Shown here: piece by piece, positions 50,879 through 60,721 of the stretch
Position numbering within the stretch: position 1 is the first letter of the stretch
Layout of the letters: every line of letters begins with the position of its first letter
Origin: Verrucomicrobiota bacterium
GTDB lineage: Bacteria > Verrucomicrobiota > Verrucomicrobiia > Limisphaerales > Palsa-1400
Length of the DNA: 64,000 nt
Assembly: GCA_049510745.1 (NCBI GenBank)
Contig: JBEKYR010000010.1
Span: 64,001 to 128,000 of the forward strand
Reading direction: 5' to 3'
Notes under the pieces: model-generated
What the model was told of the DNA's origin: nothing
The model's input: the letters and a program-made list of their open reading frames with translations, nothing else
Database searches by the model: none
Program-made: the position numbers and the translations under genes

Positions 50879-52900
50879 ATGAGTTGGAAGGATCGTAAGA
50901 GGAACGGAGCAGCAGCGGGCTTCATAAGCCTCGATTTCAAGGCTATTGAACGGGTGATGGCCGAACTCGGCGAGTGGGCTCCAAGCCACATTGATGCTCC
51001 AGTCCGGTTCAGTTCTGTGAAGCAGCAGGAGGGCACTTCAGAAGCTCGGCAGGTCGCGAACATTGAGAGCATAATTCAGAAGTACTGGCCGGGGATTAAA
51101 CCGAACTGGCTCAGAGACCTTGCAACTTCCGCCTTTAAGTATTCCGCAAAAACGGGGCTTCCTCACTGTCTAGATGAGGACAAAGAGCTTGGGAAGTACG
51201 TTGCTCGCGCCAGGCGTGGCGGAGTTCCTGCCGGCACGCTCATGATCGTTGATAATTTAGACCGGTTCAGTCGGGCGAAAATCGATGACTCCTTTGACGC
51301 GGGAATGACGCTCTTGCGCCATGGCATTACAATCCTGGTTTTACACCCGCGGCCTCTGCTCCTCCGTCCTGAGGATCGTAACAACCCGGAAAAACGAGAT
51401 GCGTTCGAGAGTGAGCTTAATCGCGCGCACAATGAATCGGCAACCCGCAGCAAGTACGTGCTGTCATCTGTCGAAGAACGAATCAAGGCAGCCCTGGCTG
51501 GTGAACAGGTTAGCTTCGGTGGATACGTGCCGAATTGGGTCCAGTGGAATACCCAACTCGAAAGGTACGTTCCCAACGAGAAGTTGTTCCCAATCATTGA
51601 GCGCATCTGCAATGAAGCTGCCCGCCACAAAGTGCTCTTCCAGATCATCCAAGATTTGAATGATGAGCACCAACCCACCTTGCAGAACGCGAAATGCTGG
51701 CAACCTTGCACTCTTTATGATGTGTTGCGAAACGAAGCCCTGCTTGGAACCTTAATCATAAAAGGCGTGAGGATTGAGAACTACCTTCCTCCAGTGATCA
51801 AAGACAAGTCCAAATGGGATGCCATTCAAGCACGGCTTGGTATAAAGCAAAAGAAGGGCGGCGGAGGGAAGGCCAATAGCCTTATTCAAAGTTTGTTTCC
51901 GGGGCGAGTCTTTTGTTATCACTGTGGGCTGCCAATGAGGTCGTCTTCTCACCCGGGCTATTTCGAAAGCCGCATCTATATATGTACGGGTCATCGGGAC
52001 CACTGCACCAAGACTGGAACAGTCTGTGACCAGACGCGAAACATTATGATTAAGGCGATCGAGTTAGACCTGTTTGGCATGATTCTCACAAAACTACCAT
52101 CTGAGATACTGGACCCGAATCGAGACGTTGAACGTCGCGCACAGCAGACAGAAATACAAGCTCAGATCGGCAGACTCGAAAAGCAATTGCGCAAAGCGGA
52201 GCAATACCATATCGAGAATGATGATGAATCGCGCGATGCCGAACTCAAGAAGCGGGCTGACGACATCAACGCAGAGATCAAGGGACTTCGCGCACGGATC
52301 GCTGAACTTGCCGCAGAAATTGGCCCGGAAACCGCGTGGGCGGATGTCGTTAAAATACTTACCGGGCAAAAGCCTGGCACACTAAAAGAGGTGAAGGAAG
52401 CAGTTGCTCTGCTCCAGGCTCAACTCTCGGATCAGGAGAAACGCAGAAAGCTCATTGGCCCTCTCAAAATGGTGGTGGCAGGCATAGAGATTGACATGCG
52501 CTGCAGTACCCTCGGTCGCCTTGATCCGGCTGGGGAAATGTTAGCACGCTATCGAGTGACACTGGTGGGGGGTGCGGTGCTCGATTGGAGTGATATAACG
52601 ATTCTTTACAAAGACTTGGTGAGGGCGAATTTCGCGGCGGCCGTGACCGAGGATCGCGAGCGCCGTCGCCTGGCCAGATGGAAAGCGACTCGCGCTGCCA
52701 AACCCTCGACCCCGGAGCAAGAACAACGCCGCTTCGAAGCGATACGTAAGGCTCTCAGAACTCCGGAAAGGCGTGCTGCGATGCGGGATCGTATGCTACG
52801 GCGCTGGGAAAACGTGCGCAAAGAAAAGGAGTTGCTCAAAAAAGACGCACAACAGCAAACCACGTTGCCTCCCAGGGCAGAGGGCAATCCGAGCAAGTGA
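50879..52900 (+). CDS. Large serine recombinase
   Basis: VRFSSVKQ..GTSEARQ catalytic Ser motif, DNLDRFSR, RAHNES, recombinase domain, CYHCG...YICTG zinc ribbon, coiled coil; start may be a downstream ATG. Confidence 0.88.
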   Translation: MSWKDRKRNGAAAGFISLDFKAIERVMAELGEWAPSHIDAPVRFSSVKQQEGTSEARQVANIESIIQKYWPGIKPNWLRDLATSAFKYSAKTGLPHCLDEDKELGKYVARARRGGVPAGTLMIVDNLDRFSRAKIDDSFDAGMTLLRHGITILVLHPRPLLLRPEDRNNPEKRDAFESELNRAHNESATRSKYVLSSVEERIKAALAGEQVSFGGYVPNWVQWNTQLERYVPNEKLFPIIERICNEAARHKVLFQIIQDLNDEHQPTLQNAKCWQPCTLYDVLRNEALLGTLIIKGVRIENYLPPVIKDKSKWDAIQARLGIKQKKGGGGKANSLIQSLFPGRVFCYHCGLPMRSSSHPGYFESRIYICTGHRDHCTKTGTVCDQTRNIMIKAIELDLFGMILTKLPSEILDPNRDVERRAQQTEIQAQIGRLEKQLRKAEQYHIENDDESRDAELKKRADDINAEIKGLRARIAELAAEIGPETAWADVVKILTGQKPGTLKEVKEAVALLQAQLSDQEKRRKLIGPLKMVVAGIEIDMRCSTLGRLDPAGEMLARYRVTLVGGAVLDWSDITILYKDLVRANFAAAVTEDRERRRLARWKATRAAKPSTPEQEQRRFEAIRKALRTPERRAAMRDRMLRRWENVRKEKELLKKDAQQQTTLPPRAEGNPSK

Positions 52901-53440
52901 CTCAACTCCTGTTGTAAGATCGCCATCGCTAGTTTGGACAGCAGTCATGCCGATCTGGTCGTCAAACTGTCCTTTCACCCCTCGCGATTGGTCGATGGCC
53001 GAACCTTGGATAATGGCTTCCTGGACCTTGATGGCCTCCAAGGCGACTTTGCCCGGAACTCGCCCGTGAATGGTCAGTCAGTTTTTCAGTGTGCTTCTCT
53101 TTCTTTGACCCTTGGGTGGGGGAGCACTTTTAATCAAGTCGCGGTGTACAATACTGCTTTTTAAACTCACAAAGCAAGTCACCATGCAATAGACAGAATC
53201 AAGAATGGAACGTGTCGCTTCGGCCGACATGCGCGGCGGTGAAACCGGGACGAACCCCTAATCGCCGACCACGGAACCACCCGAACTTTGACAAAGCCCC
53301 AGATGGGGTCCACCTCAGTGCGCCGTCGTCACCGGCCAGGGGTCATTGGTTAAATGCAAGAACGACGTAGGTTGTTGGCAGCAAGTTTTATCGCAAGTGC
53401 GGTTACGTGTCCCCCAACAAAGCGATCTTAATCCTACAGG

Positions 53441-53698
53441 ATGAGCTTCCTGATCAATTTTGCAAAAGGCGCCAAACAAAATGGCATGATGTCTGAAGCG
53501 CTGCAAGAAGCCCACTCTGAGGCAGTTATTCTCCACATGTTGGCTAAACTGGGAAAGCTCAGGGTCCTCCGCCCTCCAGGGGAGCCACCCCATTATGAGG
53601 AGGAAGAGGCCAACGAGATCAGAAAACTGTTAACCGAGACGCGAACCGGGTTTTGCGGACCGGAGTCCCCTCCATACAAATGGCGCACGTCCAAATAG
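53441..53698 (+). CDS. Hypothetical protein
   Basis: 85-aa ATG ORF; no recognised motif. Confidence 0.3.
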   Translation: MSFLINFAKGAKQNGMMSEALQEAHSEAVILHMLAKLGKLRVLRPPGEPPHYEEEEANEIRKLLTETRTGFCGPESPPYKWRTSK

Positions 53699-54003
53699 TT
53701 TGGGGCTCTGTAAATGGCGAATTTATAATCTCAGAACGCAGAAATCCGCCGTGTTGGATCGTGTGTTCTTCATTGACGAAGGGTGGCAGCAAGTGCGCCG
53801 TTTTTGAGGCATGGCGAGGGTAAAAACGTGTCCCAACCGGCGGGAAGCTACTCGCCCTGGGCCAATTGACCTGCTATGGCCAGACCCCGCAGGTCAGGAT
53901 ATCGACGTCCAGAACGTAAACATCGACAACGACGCCATTCGGGGCGGCTGGTGGTGGTTAATGATGACCTGGCCCAGGGACGGTTACAGGGGGGCTTTCG
54001 GAG

Positions 54004-54423
54004 TTGACGCCAACGACGACGCCGCCCTCGCCCTTGCGCACAGCGTCGCTATGCAATCGCGGCGAAAAACTCTACGAAATGCGCCGGATGGACCAAGCTT
54101 GGGAAAATATCGGGGCGGCGATCCTCATCTATGAGCGGCTGGCCAAAATCCGACCGGAGGCTGTTGAGCCGCATTGGGCGAGAGCCATGTCGCTGAAGGG
54201 GCGTTGCTTAAAGGCAACCGATTCTCCTCAAGCAGCGGCAGCCTCAACCGCAACGGTGAAACTTTTGTCGCGCCAGTTCCTGCAACATCCCCAGGTTTAT
54301 GCCTCCCTGATGGCTTGTATGGTTCAAGATTACTTGGCAGACATGAAGACGACGGGCCAGGAACCGGACAGAAAACTTCTCGGCCCGATTCTTCAAATCT
54401 TGAACAGAGTCAAGAAGACTTAA
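54004..54423 (+). pseudogene. C-terminal fragment of a TPR protein
   Basis: IYERLAKIRPEAVEPHWARAMS...QVYASLMACMVQDY...EPDRKLL resembles the end of ATPase-TPR proteins; N-terminus missing. Confidence 0.5.
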
Positions 54424-54609
54424 CGCATTCTCCATTCGCTTTTGGCAACGCTTCATCATTTGCATATAAATGATGGGGCATTGCCAGCCGCGCGGATTCC
54501 TCGGCACATGCTCATTTCATCCACGGCGCTTTGACTGTCCGGCTTTCCCCTCCTGCCCTCGAAAACCGTGCAGACAAAGCGCCGTGACAGCGAACATCCA
54601 TGCGGGTTC

Positions 54610-54713
54610 CGCACTCAACGCCTGAGCCTCAGCCACGCTCCACTTCACGCCGCCCCCTTGCTTCCCCGGCTTCGTTACGTTCTGCTTTGGCTTCGGGTCA
54701 GGCGTTCAGTGCG
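54610..54713. repeat. Long imperfect inverted repeat (22/26)
   Basis: CGCACTCAACGCCTGAGCCTCAGCCA ... TGGCTTCGGGTCAGGCGTTCAGTGCG. Confidence 0.7.
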
Positions 54714-54758
54714 TTGAACATAATCCTTTGAATCAATGGACACCATAGACTGTCTTTG

Positions 54759-54995
54759 ATGTTGATGAACGAACTCAATCCGTTGACGTGTCCATTATGC
54801 GCCGAACCGAATCACTGCGGTTTTGCCCAGGGCCTCACTGACTGCTGGTGTCGGCATGTCCAAATCCCAATTCGTCGTTTGATGCAGATTCCGCCCGCCT
54901 TTATCAACAAGGCTTGTATCTGCCAGACGTGCGCAATGGCACCATTGCAGAACCGTTCTCCATTGCCGCATTCACATCCGCGCACATCCGCATAA
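54759..54995 (+). CDS. Cysteine-rich CWC family protein
   Basis: CPLCAEPNHC...CWC...ACICQTC. Confidence 0.8.
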   Translation: MLMNELNPLTCPLCAEPNHCGFAQGLTDCWCRHVQIPIRRLMQIPPAFINKACICQTCAMAPLQNRSPLPHSHPRTSA

Positions 54996-55006
54996 ACTGC
55001 GTCACG

Positions 55007-55105
55007 GCTCCCCGTGGAACCGAACGCGATGACGTGGCGGGTCAAGTCGTCCGGGCTTAACTCCAAAACGCGCCCCGCAGGCTCGTAGCATGGCAGTTGA
55101 ATCAT
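55007..55105 (-). pseudogene. N-terminal stub of a VirD4/TraG/HerA-like P-loop ATPase
   Basis: LSPDDLTRHVIAFGSTGS, then the sequence breaks where GKT is expected. Confidence 0.6.
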
Positions 55106-55412
55106 GGCGGTGAAAACGGTTAGAATGGAACGGCCTTTCGGGCTTCCTCCGGGTCCGGCGTGGCAGATTCATTCGGTCCAGCGCCGTTTGGCTTGGATGC
55201 TGGCAGGATGAAGTGAACGGACTCGGCGATCAAAACAAGCCGGGAATGGTTCGCCCCATCCTGTTCCCACGTTTCCGTTCGCAGGCGACCGGTTGCCAGA
55301 ACGGGATCGCCCCGATGCTTTTGGGCCAGATGCTCTGCCGTGCGACCGAAGGCGGAACACGGAGCATATGCCGCCTCGTCCTTCCATTGGCCACCTTTGC
55401 TCTGATATCAGT

Positions 55413-55436
55413 GCAATAGCACAAATGTGCTATTGC
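55413..55436. promoter_or_regulatory. Palindromic operator (copy 1)
   Basis: GCAATAGCACA-AA-TGTGCTATTGC, perfect 11-bp IR. Confidence 0.7.
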
Positions 55437-55466
55437 GCTCAGGGGCATTTCAAAGACAATGCCAGC

Positions 55467-56723
55467 GTGAACGAAGCCGCCAGCCTGTCGACGTCTCCCA
55501 ACCAACCGATCCCGAAACGCTTGATCTCCCTGGACGCTCTGCGCGGTTTCGACATGTTTTGGATCATCGCCGCCGACCCGCTGGTCGCCGCCCTCAACAA
55601 GATGGCTCATGCCGGCGGGCACAGCGGCGGATTCTCGTTCATCGGCCTGGTGGCATACGAATTGTGCCACGCGGAATGGGAGGGGTTTCATTTCGAAGAC
55701 CTGATTTTTCCGCTCTTCATGTTTATGGCGGGAATGTCGATTGTTTTCTCGCTAAGGAAGACCATTGAGCGGGAGGGCCGCGCGGCGGCGGTTCGGCGTG
55801 TCCTCCGGCGCGGAATCTTGCTCTACATTCTCGGGATTTTTTACTACGGCGGCTTCTCGAACCCATGGCCGCATATCCGGTTGTTGGGGGTGCTGCAACG
55901 GATCGGCCTGTGCTATCTGTTCGCCGGCCTGATTTTCTGTTTCTGCAATCTGCGAACGATGATCGCGATTGCCACGGGGTTGTTGATCGGCTACTGGGCA
56001 TTGGCCACGTTTGTTCCGATTCGGAACATTCAATTGCAGAAGGAGGCCTTGGAGCAATTGGCGGCCAAACGCGGCGTGGCGGATGATCCGCAGGCGCTGT
56101 TCCAAAGCACGACGGAGCGGGTCACCGGCCGTTTCGAACCCGGATTGAATCTTCCCAACCACATCGACTTTCAGTACCTGCCCGGGTTGAAACGGGAAAC
56201 CTATTTTGATGCTGTGGGGTGCCTAAGCACGTTGCCGGCGATTGTCACGTGTCTGTTCGGCGTTTTCGCGGGGTTGCTGTTGCTCAATCCTTCGAGCAAC
56301 GATCCGCAAAAGGTCGTCTGTCTTCTGGCGGGCGGATTGGTGCTCGCGGCCCTGGGATGGGCCTGGGGCGCGCAATTCCCCGTAATCAAGAAAATATGGA
56401 CGTCCTCGTATGTCCTGGTCGCGGGCGGCTATAGCGCGGTGCTGTTGGCGGTGTTTTACCTCGTGGTCGATATGTGGAAATGCCAGAAGTGGTGCCAGCC
56501 GTTTGTGTGGATGGGAATGAACTCGATCACCATCTATATGACCGACAACATCCTGGGAGGATTCGGCAAGCTGGCCGCCTGGTTTGTTGGCGGGGACATC
56601 AGCGCGTGGTTCAACCATCATCTTATCGGCAGCGGAGACCTTTTGGCGGCCCTGGTGGAGATGGTTCTGTCCTTTTGGTTCGTCCATTTCCTCTACCGCA
56701 GAAGGATCTTTCTGCGTCTGTAG
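55467..56723 (+). CDS. DUF5009/NagX, heparan-alpha-glucosaminide N-acetyltransferase-like membrane protein
   Basis: RLISLDALRGFDMFWI, HAEWEG, DLIFPLFMF, GVLQRIG, IKKIWTSSY, GMNSITIY; GTG start inferred. Confidence 0.88.
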   Translation: MNEAASLSTSPNQPIPKRLISLDALRGFDMFWIIAADPLVAALNKMAHAGGHSGGFSFIGLVAYELCHAEWEGFHFEDLIFPLFMFMAGMSIVFSLRKTIEREGRAAAVRRVLRRGILLYILGIFYYGGFSNPWPHIRLLGVLQRIGLCYLFAGLIFCFCNLRTMIAIATGLLIGYWALATFVPIRNIQLQKEALEQLAAKRGVADDPQALFQSTTERVTGRFEPGLNLPNHIDFQYLPGLKRETYFDAVGCLSTLPAIVTCLFGVFAGLLLLNPSSNDPQKVVCLLAGGLVLAALGWAWGAQFPVIKKIWTSSYVLVAGGYSAVLLAVFYLVVDMWKCQKWCQPFVWMGMNSITIYMTDNILGGFGKLAAWFVGGDISAWFNHHLIGSGDLLAALVEMVLSFWFVHFLYRRRIFLRL

Positions 56724-56899
56724 TCAGGGTTCTGGTTGCAATTCACATTTTTGCGCAGCCGCACTTTTTTGCGCAGCCGCACTTTCCCAAGGGCAATCAC
56801 AGCCGACTCCCACCGGCCTTGGGAGATTACGATTGGCGCTCCGGTGAAGGATAACGATGTGCCATAGCAAATGCTGGATGGGTGGTTTCGCGATCGAAG

Positions 56900-57901
56900 T
56901 CACGCGTCAAAGACCTTGAGGTTGCTCAGCCTGTAGTCAGCCGCATTCCAATCCGCAGTTACCCGGCCGGATGTTTGAACCCCGAGATACTTCGCCGGCT
57001 GGCTGGAGGCCATCGGCAGGATTTCCTCCAGCGGCAAACCGGTGAATTTTACAGTGTTGGCCACAGTCCGGTCCAAAGTTATCGCTGATCCCGCCAGCCG
57101 TAGTGTGCCCGGACGGGAAACCCGTCCGTCTTCACTCAACACCACCTGCTCTCCATTCAGTTCGTAAATGCCGGGAACACATCCGGCTGCCGCCACCGCA
57201 TCGGTCACCAATAAAGTGCGTTGAGGCGTTTTTGCGCGGACCATTGCTTTGACAGTCGCTGGCGGCAGGTGATGCCCGTCCACAATAAAACTGGCAAATA
57301 AATCATCGGTCGCGAGTTGTTCCCAGATAAGATTCGGGTGTCTTGGCAACTGATTCTTACAACCGTTGCCCAAGTGCGTCGAAAGCGTTGCCCCCGCCTT
57401 TACCGCCTCGCGAATCTGTTCGGGCGAACCTGCCGTGTGTCCGATGGCCGCGCGAACACCCAAACCCACGAGATGCTCGATTAACTCGATCGCTCCATGT
57501 GCTTCAGGCGCCAATGTCACCAATTTTATCTGCCCTGCAGCAGCTTCCTGTCGCCGCAAAAAGTCATCAATTGAAGCGGCAACGACATGCTTGCGCGGAT
57601 GCGCCCCGCGCGCGCCATCTTCGGAGGAGATATACGGCCCCTCCATATGAAGGCCAACAATCGCGGCATGCTGTGTCCGGGTTAGTGTCTTTGCGCACTT
57701 GGCAAAGCATTCAAAAGATGACGTGATGAGCGTCGGCAGAAAACGCGTCACCCCCGTCATGCGCATTTTCTCAATCGCGCGCAACACATCTTCCGGCGTG
57801 GCGAAATGGTTGTTGAAGTCCACGCCGCCAAAGCCGTTGACCTGGAGATCAAACAATCCGGGAAATTCAATTGGGTTCATCCGGTCCATTTTACGGATCA
57901 A
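56900..57901 (-). CDS. nagA: N-acetylglucosamine-6-phosphate deacetylase
   Basis: PGLFDLQVNG, HMEGPY, TLAPE, IGHT, THLGNG, DGHHL, VTDA, LAGS. Confidence 0.9.
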   Translation of the reverse strand: MIRKMDRMNPIEFPGLFDLQVNGFGGVDFNNHFATPEDVLRAIEKMRMTGVTRFLPTLITSSFECFAKCAKTLTRTQHAAIVGLHMEGPYISSEDGARGAHPRKHVVAASIDDFLRRQEAAAGQIKLVTLAPEAHGAIELIEHLVGLGVRAAIGHTAGSPEQIREAVKAGATLSTHLGNGCKNQLPRHPNLIWEQLATDDLFASFIVDGHHLPPATVKAMVRAKTPQRTLLVTDAVAAAGCVPGIYELNGEQVVLSEDGRVSRPGTLRLAGSAITLDRTVANTVKFTGLPLEEILPMASSQPAKYLGVQTSGRVTADWNAADYRLSNLKVFDA

Positions 57902-60242
57902 TCAATATTTTCGCCGCCTGTCCACCCTGCGAATGGGGAGCCACCCACACCGTCAGTTCGCCCGGTTCGACCATTTGGTGCATGTCAATATTCCAAAAAA
58001 CAAGTTCCTTTTTGGCCAGCACGAATCGAACGCGGCGCGCTTCACCGGGGGAAAGCGTGACTTTCTGGAATCCTTTCAATTCGCGGACCGGGCGGGCGAC
58101 GCTGGTGCCACGCTGGTTAACGTAGATCTGTACGACTTCCGAACCTGCGCGCGGCCCGGAGTTCTTCACCGTGGCTTCAACTGTGATCCCGCCATCTTTG
58201 TTCAACTCCGCAGCACTGATCCTGGGTGTTGTGATCCGGGTGGTTGAATAATCGAACTTGGTATAAGACAGTCCCCAGCCGAATGGAAACAAGGGTGTGT
58301 TACGCTCGTCGGTGTAGCCCGTGGTGAATCTGTCGCCGGGATTTGTTTCGAGCGAGGGGCGACCGGTGTTGAGGGTATTGTAATACAGCGGCATCTGGCC
58401 GACAGATCGCGGGAAACTCGCCGTGAGCTTGCCGGCGGGATTCACTTCCCCATACAAGGTCCGCACGAGGGCTGGTCCTGTTTGCACGCCGGGAAACCAT
58501 GCCTCCAGAATCGCCGAAACGTGTTCGGCTTCCCATGGGAGAGCAAGTGGGCGTCCGTTGAACAGCACGAGCACGACCGGCTTGCCGGTGGCGGCCACCG
58601 CCTGCAAAAGCTTGAGCTGTTTGCCGGGCAAATCCAATCGCGAGCGTGAGGAGGCTTCACCGGTCATGTTGCCGGGTTCGCCCAAGGCTATTAACACCAC
58701 GTCGGCTTTGTTTGCCGCCGCGAGTGCTTCGGCAAATCCAGCCTCGGACTCCTCCCCCGCATGAATGCCCTCGGCGTAGATGAGCTTTCCCTTCAGACGC
58801 TCGGATAACGACTGCCGGAGCGGCACGACATCCTGCCATCTGCCCCGTAAAGTCCACGCGCCCAGCATATCCGCTCTGTTGTCGGCAAGCTGGCCGATGA
58901 GAGCCACGATCTTGTCGTCGGGCAGTGGAAGTATCGGCGTGCCTTTGAACGGGTCGTTCTTTAGCAACACGAACGATTCTTCGGCGGCCTGCCGGGCTAC
59001 TGCAAGGTGCTCCGGTTTGATCATGGCCGAGTCGCTCAACTTCTCGTCGGCATAGGGCTGGTCGAACAAGCCGAGAGCGAATTTGAGGCGTAAGACGCGG
59101 GTGACGGCCTCATCAATGGTTTCTGTCTTCACCTTGCCGCTCTGAACGAGGGCGGGAAGCTTCGTGTTGTAGAGATTGCCCTGCATATCCATGTCCACAC
59201 CCGCAGTCAGCGCCTTCAGCGCCGCGCCGCTGCCATTGAGCGCAACCCCCTGCGGGATCAACTCACCGATGGAATTCCAGTCGCTCACCACGAAGCCGCG
59301 AAAGCCCCATTCCGTTCGCAGAATGTCGGTCAGCGTATGGCGGTTGGCGGAAGCCGGCACGCCTTGCAGGGTGTTGAACGCGCTCATGAAAGTGCCCACA
59401 CCCGCGTCCACAGCGGCCTTGAAGGGTGGCAAATAGGTTTCTCGCAGAACTCGCTCGGACACATCGACGAGGTTGTAGTCTCGTCCCCCCTCGGCCCCGC
59501 CGTAGGCAACGAAGTGTTTGGCGCAAGCCAGCATCGAGGCGGGATCGGACAAATCATTCCCTTGATAACCACGAACCCAAGCGGCGGCCATGACTTCTCC
59601 CAAGTAAGGATCTTCGCCGCTGCCTTCCGTGATCCTTCCCCAGCGCGCATCACGAGCGACATCCACCATGGGCGAGAACGTCCAGCGAATGCCTTCTGCA
59701 GTCGCCTCGACCGCCGCCATCCGCGCACACCGTTCAGCGATTCGAGGATTCCAAGAGGCCGACAGTCCAAAGGGGATCGGGTAAACCGTGCGATACCCGT
59801 GGATCACGTCCAAGCCGAAGAGGATCGGGATTTTCAGCCGCGATTTCTCGACGGCCTGTCGCTGCAATTCATTGCACGCGTTTGCACCGGAAAGGTTGAG
59901 CATGGAACCGATGCCGCCCCGTGCGGCCAATTCGCGTTGATCAATCCGGACGTTGTCCGGGCCAGTGGCACGACCATCAGAGAACTGGGACAGTTGGCCG
60001 ATTTTTTCCTCCAGCGTCATCCTCGCGAGCAACGCGGCCACCTTTGTATCAATCTCTTTGCTCCCCGCGAACCCGCTTTTCTCCACGGCCCAAACATCCA
60101 CCGTGGCGCCGTCCGCATCAAGGCGCATACTTGGAACGGCGGAGGCGGCATGGAATGTGTCGGTCGCCGCAAAAGACCTGCCTGCGAGCGCAAACACGCC
60201 AAGGGCAGCGCACAAGAACTTGAGGGAAGTTTGGTGTTTCAT
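57891..60242 (-). CDS. bglX: GH3 beta-glucosidase (BglX-like), secreted
   Basis: MTLEEKIGQ, DVIHG, RDARWGR, CAKHF, VVSDW, GEASSR, FN3-like C-terminus. Confidence 0.93.
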   Translation of the reverse strand: MKHQTSLKFLCAALGVFALAGRSFAATDTFHAASAVPSMRLDADGATVDVWAVEKSGFAGSKEIDTKVAALLARMTLEEKIGQLSQFSDGRATGPDNVRIDQRELAARGGIGSMLNLSGANACNELQRQAVEKSRLKIPILFGLDVIHGYRTVYPIPFGLSASWNPRIAERCARMAAVEATAEGIRWTFSPMVDVARDARWGRITEGSGEDPYLGEVMAAAWVRGYQGNDLSDPASMLACAKHFVAYGGAEGGRDYNLVDVSERVLRETYLPPFKAAVDAGVGTFMSAFNTLQGVPASANRHTLTDILRTEWGFRGFVVSDWNSIGELIPQGVALNGSGAALKALTAGVDMDMQGNLYNTKLPALVQSGKVKTETIDEAVTRVLRLKFALGLFDQPYADEKLSDSAMIKPEHLAVARQAAEESFVLLKNDPFKGTPILPLPDDKIVALIGQLADNRADMLGAWTLRGRWQDVVPLRQSLSERLKGKLIYAEGIHAGEESEAGFAEALAAANKADVVLIALGEPGNMTGEASSRSRLDLPGKQLKLLQAVAATGKPVVLVLFNGRPLALPWEAEHVSAILEAWFPGVQTGPALVRTLYGEVNPAGKLTASFPRSVGQMPLYYNTLNTGRPSLETNPGDRFTTGYTDERNTPLFPFGWGLSYTKFDYSTTRITTPRISAAELNKDGGITVEATVKNSGPRAGSEVVQIYVNQRGTSVARPVRELKGFQKVTLSPGEARRVRFVLAKKELVFWNIDMHQMVEPGELTVWVAPHSQGGQAAKILIDP

Positions 60243-60568
60243 TCGGCAGGTTGGCAGATCACTGGGCGCATTGTGATCGATTTGCTAAACTTCAACAGCC
60301 AAACGCAAATGAAGCTGCCGCCGTTCGCTTCAAGATACTTCATCCAAGTTTCCATGCCGGACAACCCTTCGCCGGCCGGAGGCGCAATCATGTTCAACCC
60401 TATGGGAATGTAAGGTCGGCCATCGGACAACTCGAAATAGCGCGAATCGCGCGGGCTGACGCGGACGAAGACATCATTCGTCGGCGAAAGCGATCCTGCA
60501 GCAGCTCCGCTCATTCCAATCTGCAACATGAGCGCTGACACTACGGCAAAGCGGCGACGATCCATCAT
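60239..60568 (-). pseudogene. Truncated secreted glycoside hydrolase N-terminus
   Basis: Signal peptide + FVRVSPRDSRYFELSDGRPYIPIGLNM...LEANGGSFICVW (start of a TIM-barrel GH), ends at 109 aa. Confidence 0.6.
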
Positions 60569-60601
60569 TCCCTTACGCTAGCAAATCCTCCCACCGTGCA
60601 G

Positions 60602-60621
60602 AATAACACATATGTGTCATT
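60602..60621. promoter_or_regulatory. Palindromic operator (copy 2)
   Basis: AATAACACA-TA-TGTGTCATT in the divergent promoter region. Confidence 0.65.
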
Positions 60622-60721
60622 GTGCAGCCAAATCCGTCCTGATAAAGTATTTACAAAATGTTGTTGCATGTTTCGCAAAAAAGAGTTTTGAAACTCCAGG
60701 GCAACGGAGTATTCTGCGGGC

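Larger units (their letters stand above)
45951..55105. mobile_element. Integrative genomic island(s) at a tRNA-Gly att; right end not defined
   Basis: att fragment, tyrosine integrase, Mrr, HTH/xis switch, serine recombinase, coupling-protein relic; visibly lower GC than the core. Confidence 0.7.

Noticed and set aside
56747..56786. Tandem duplication TTTTGCGCAGCCGCACTTT x2
   Set aside because: Short local duplication between convergent genes with no further structure
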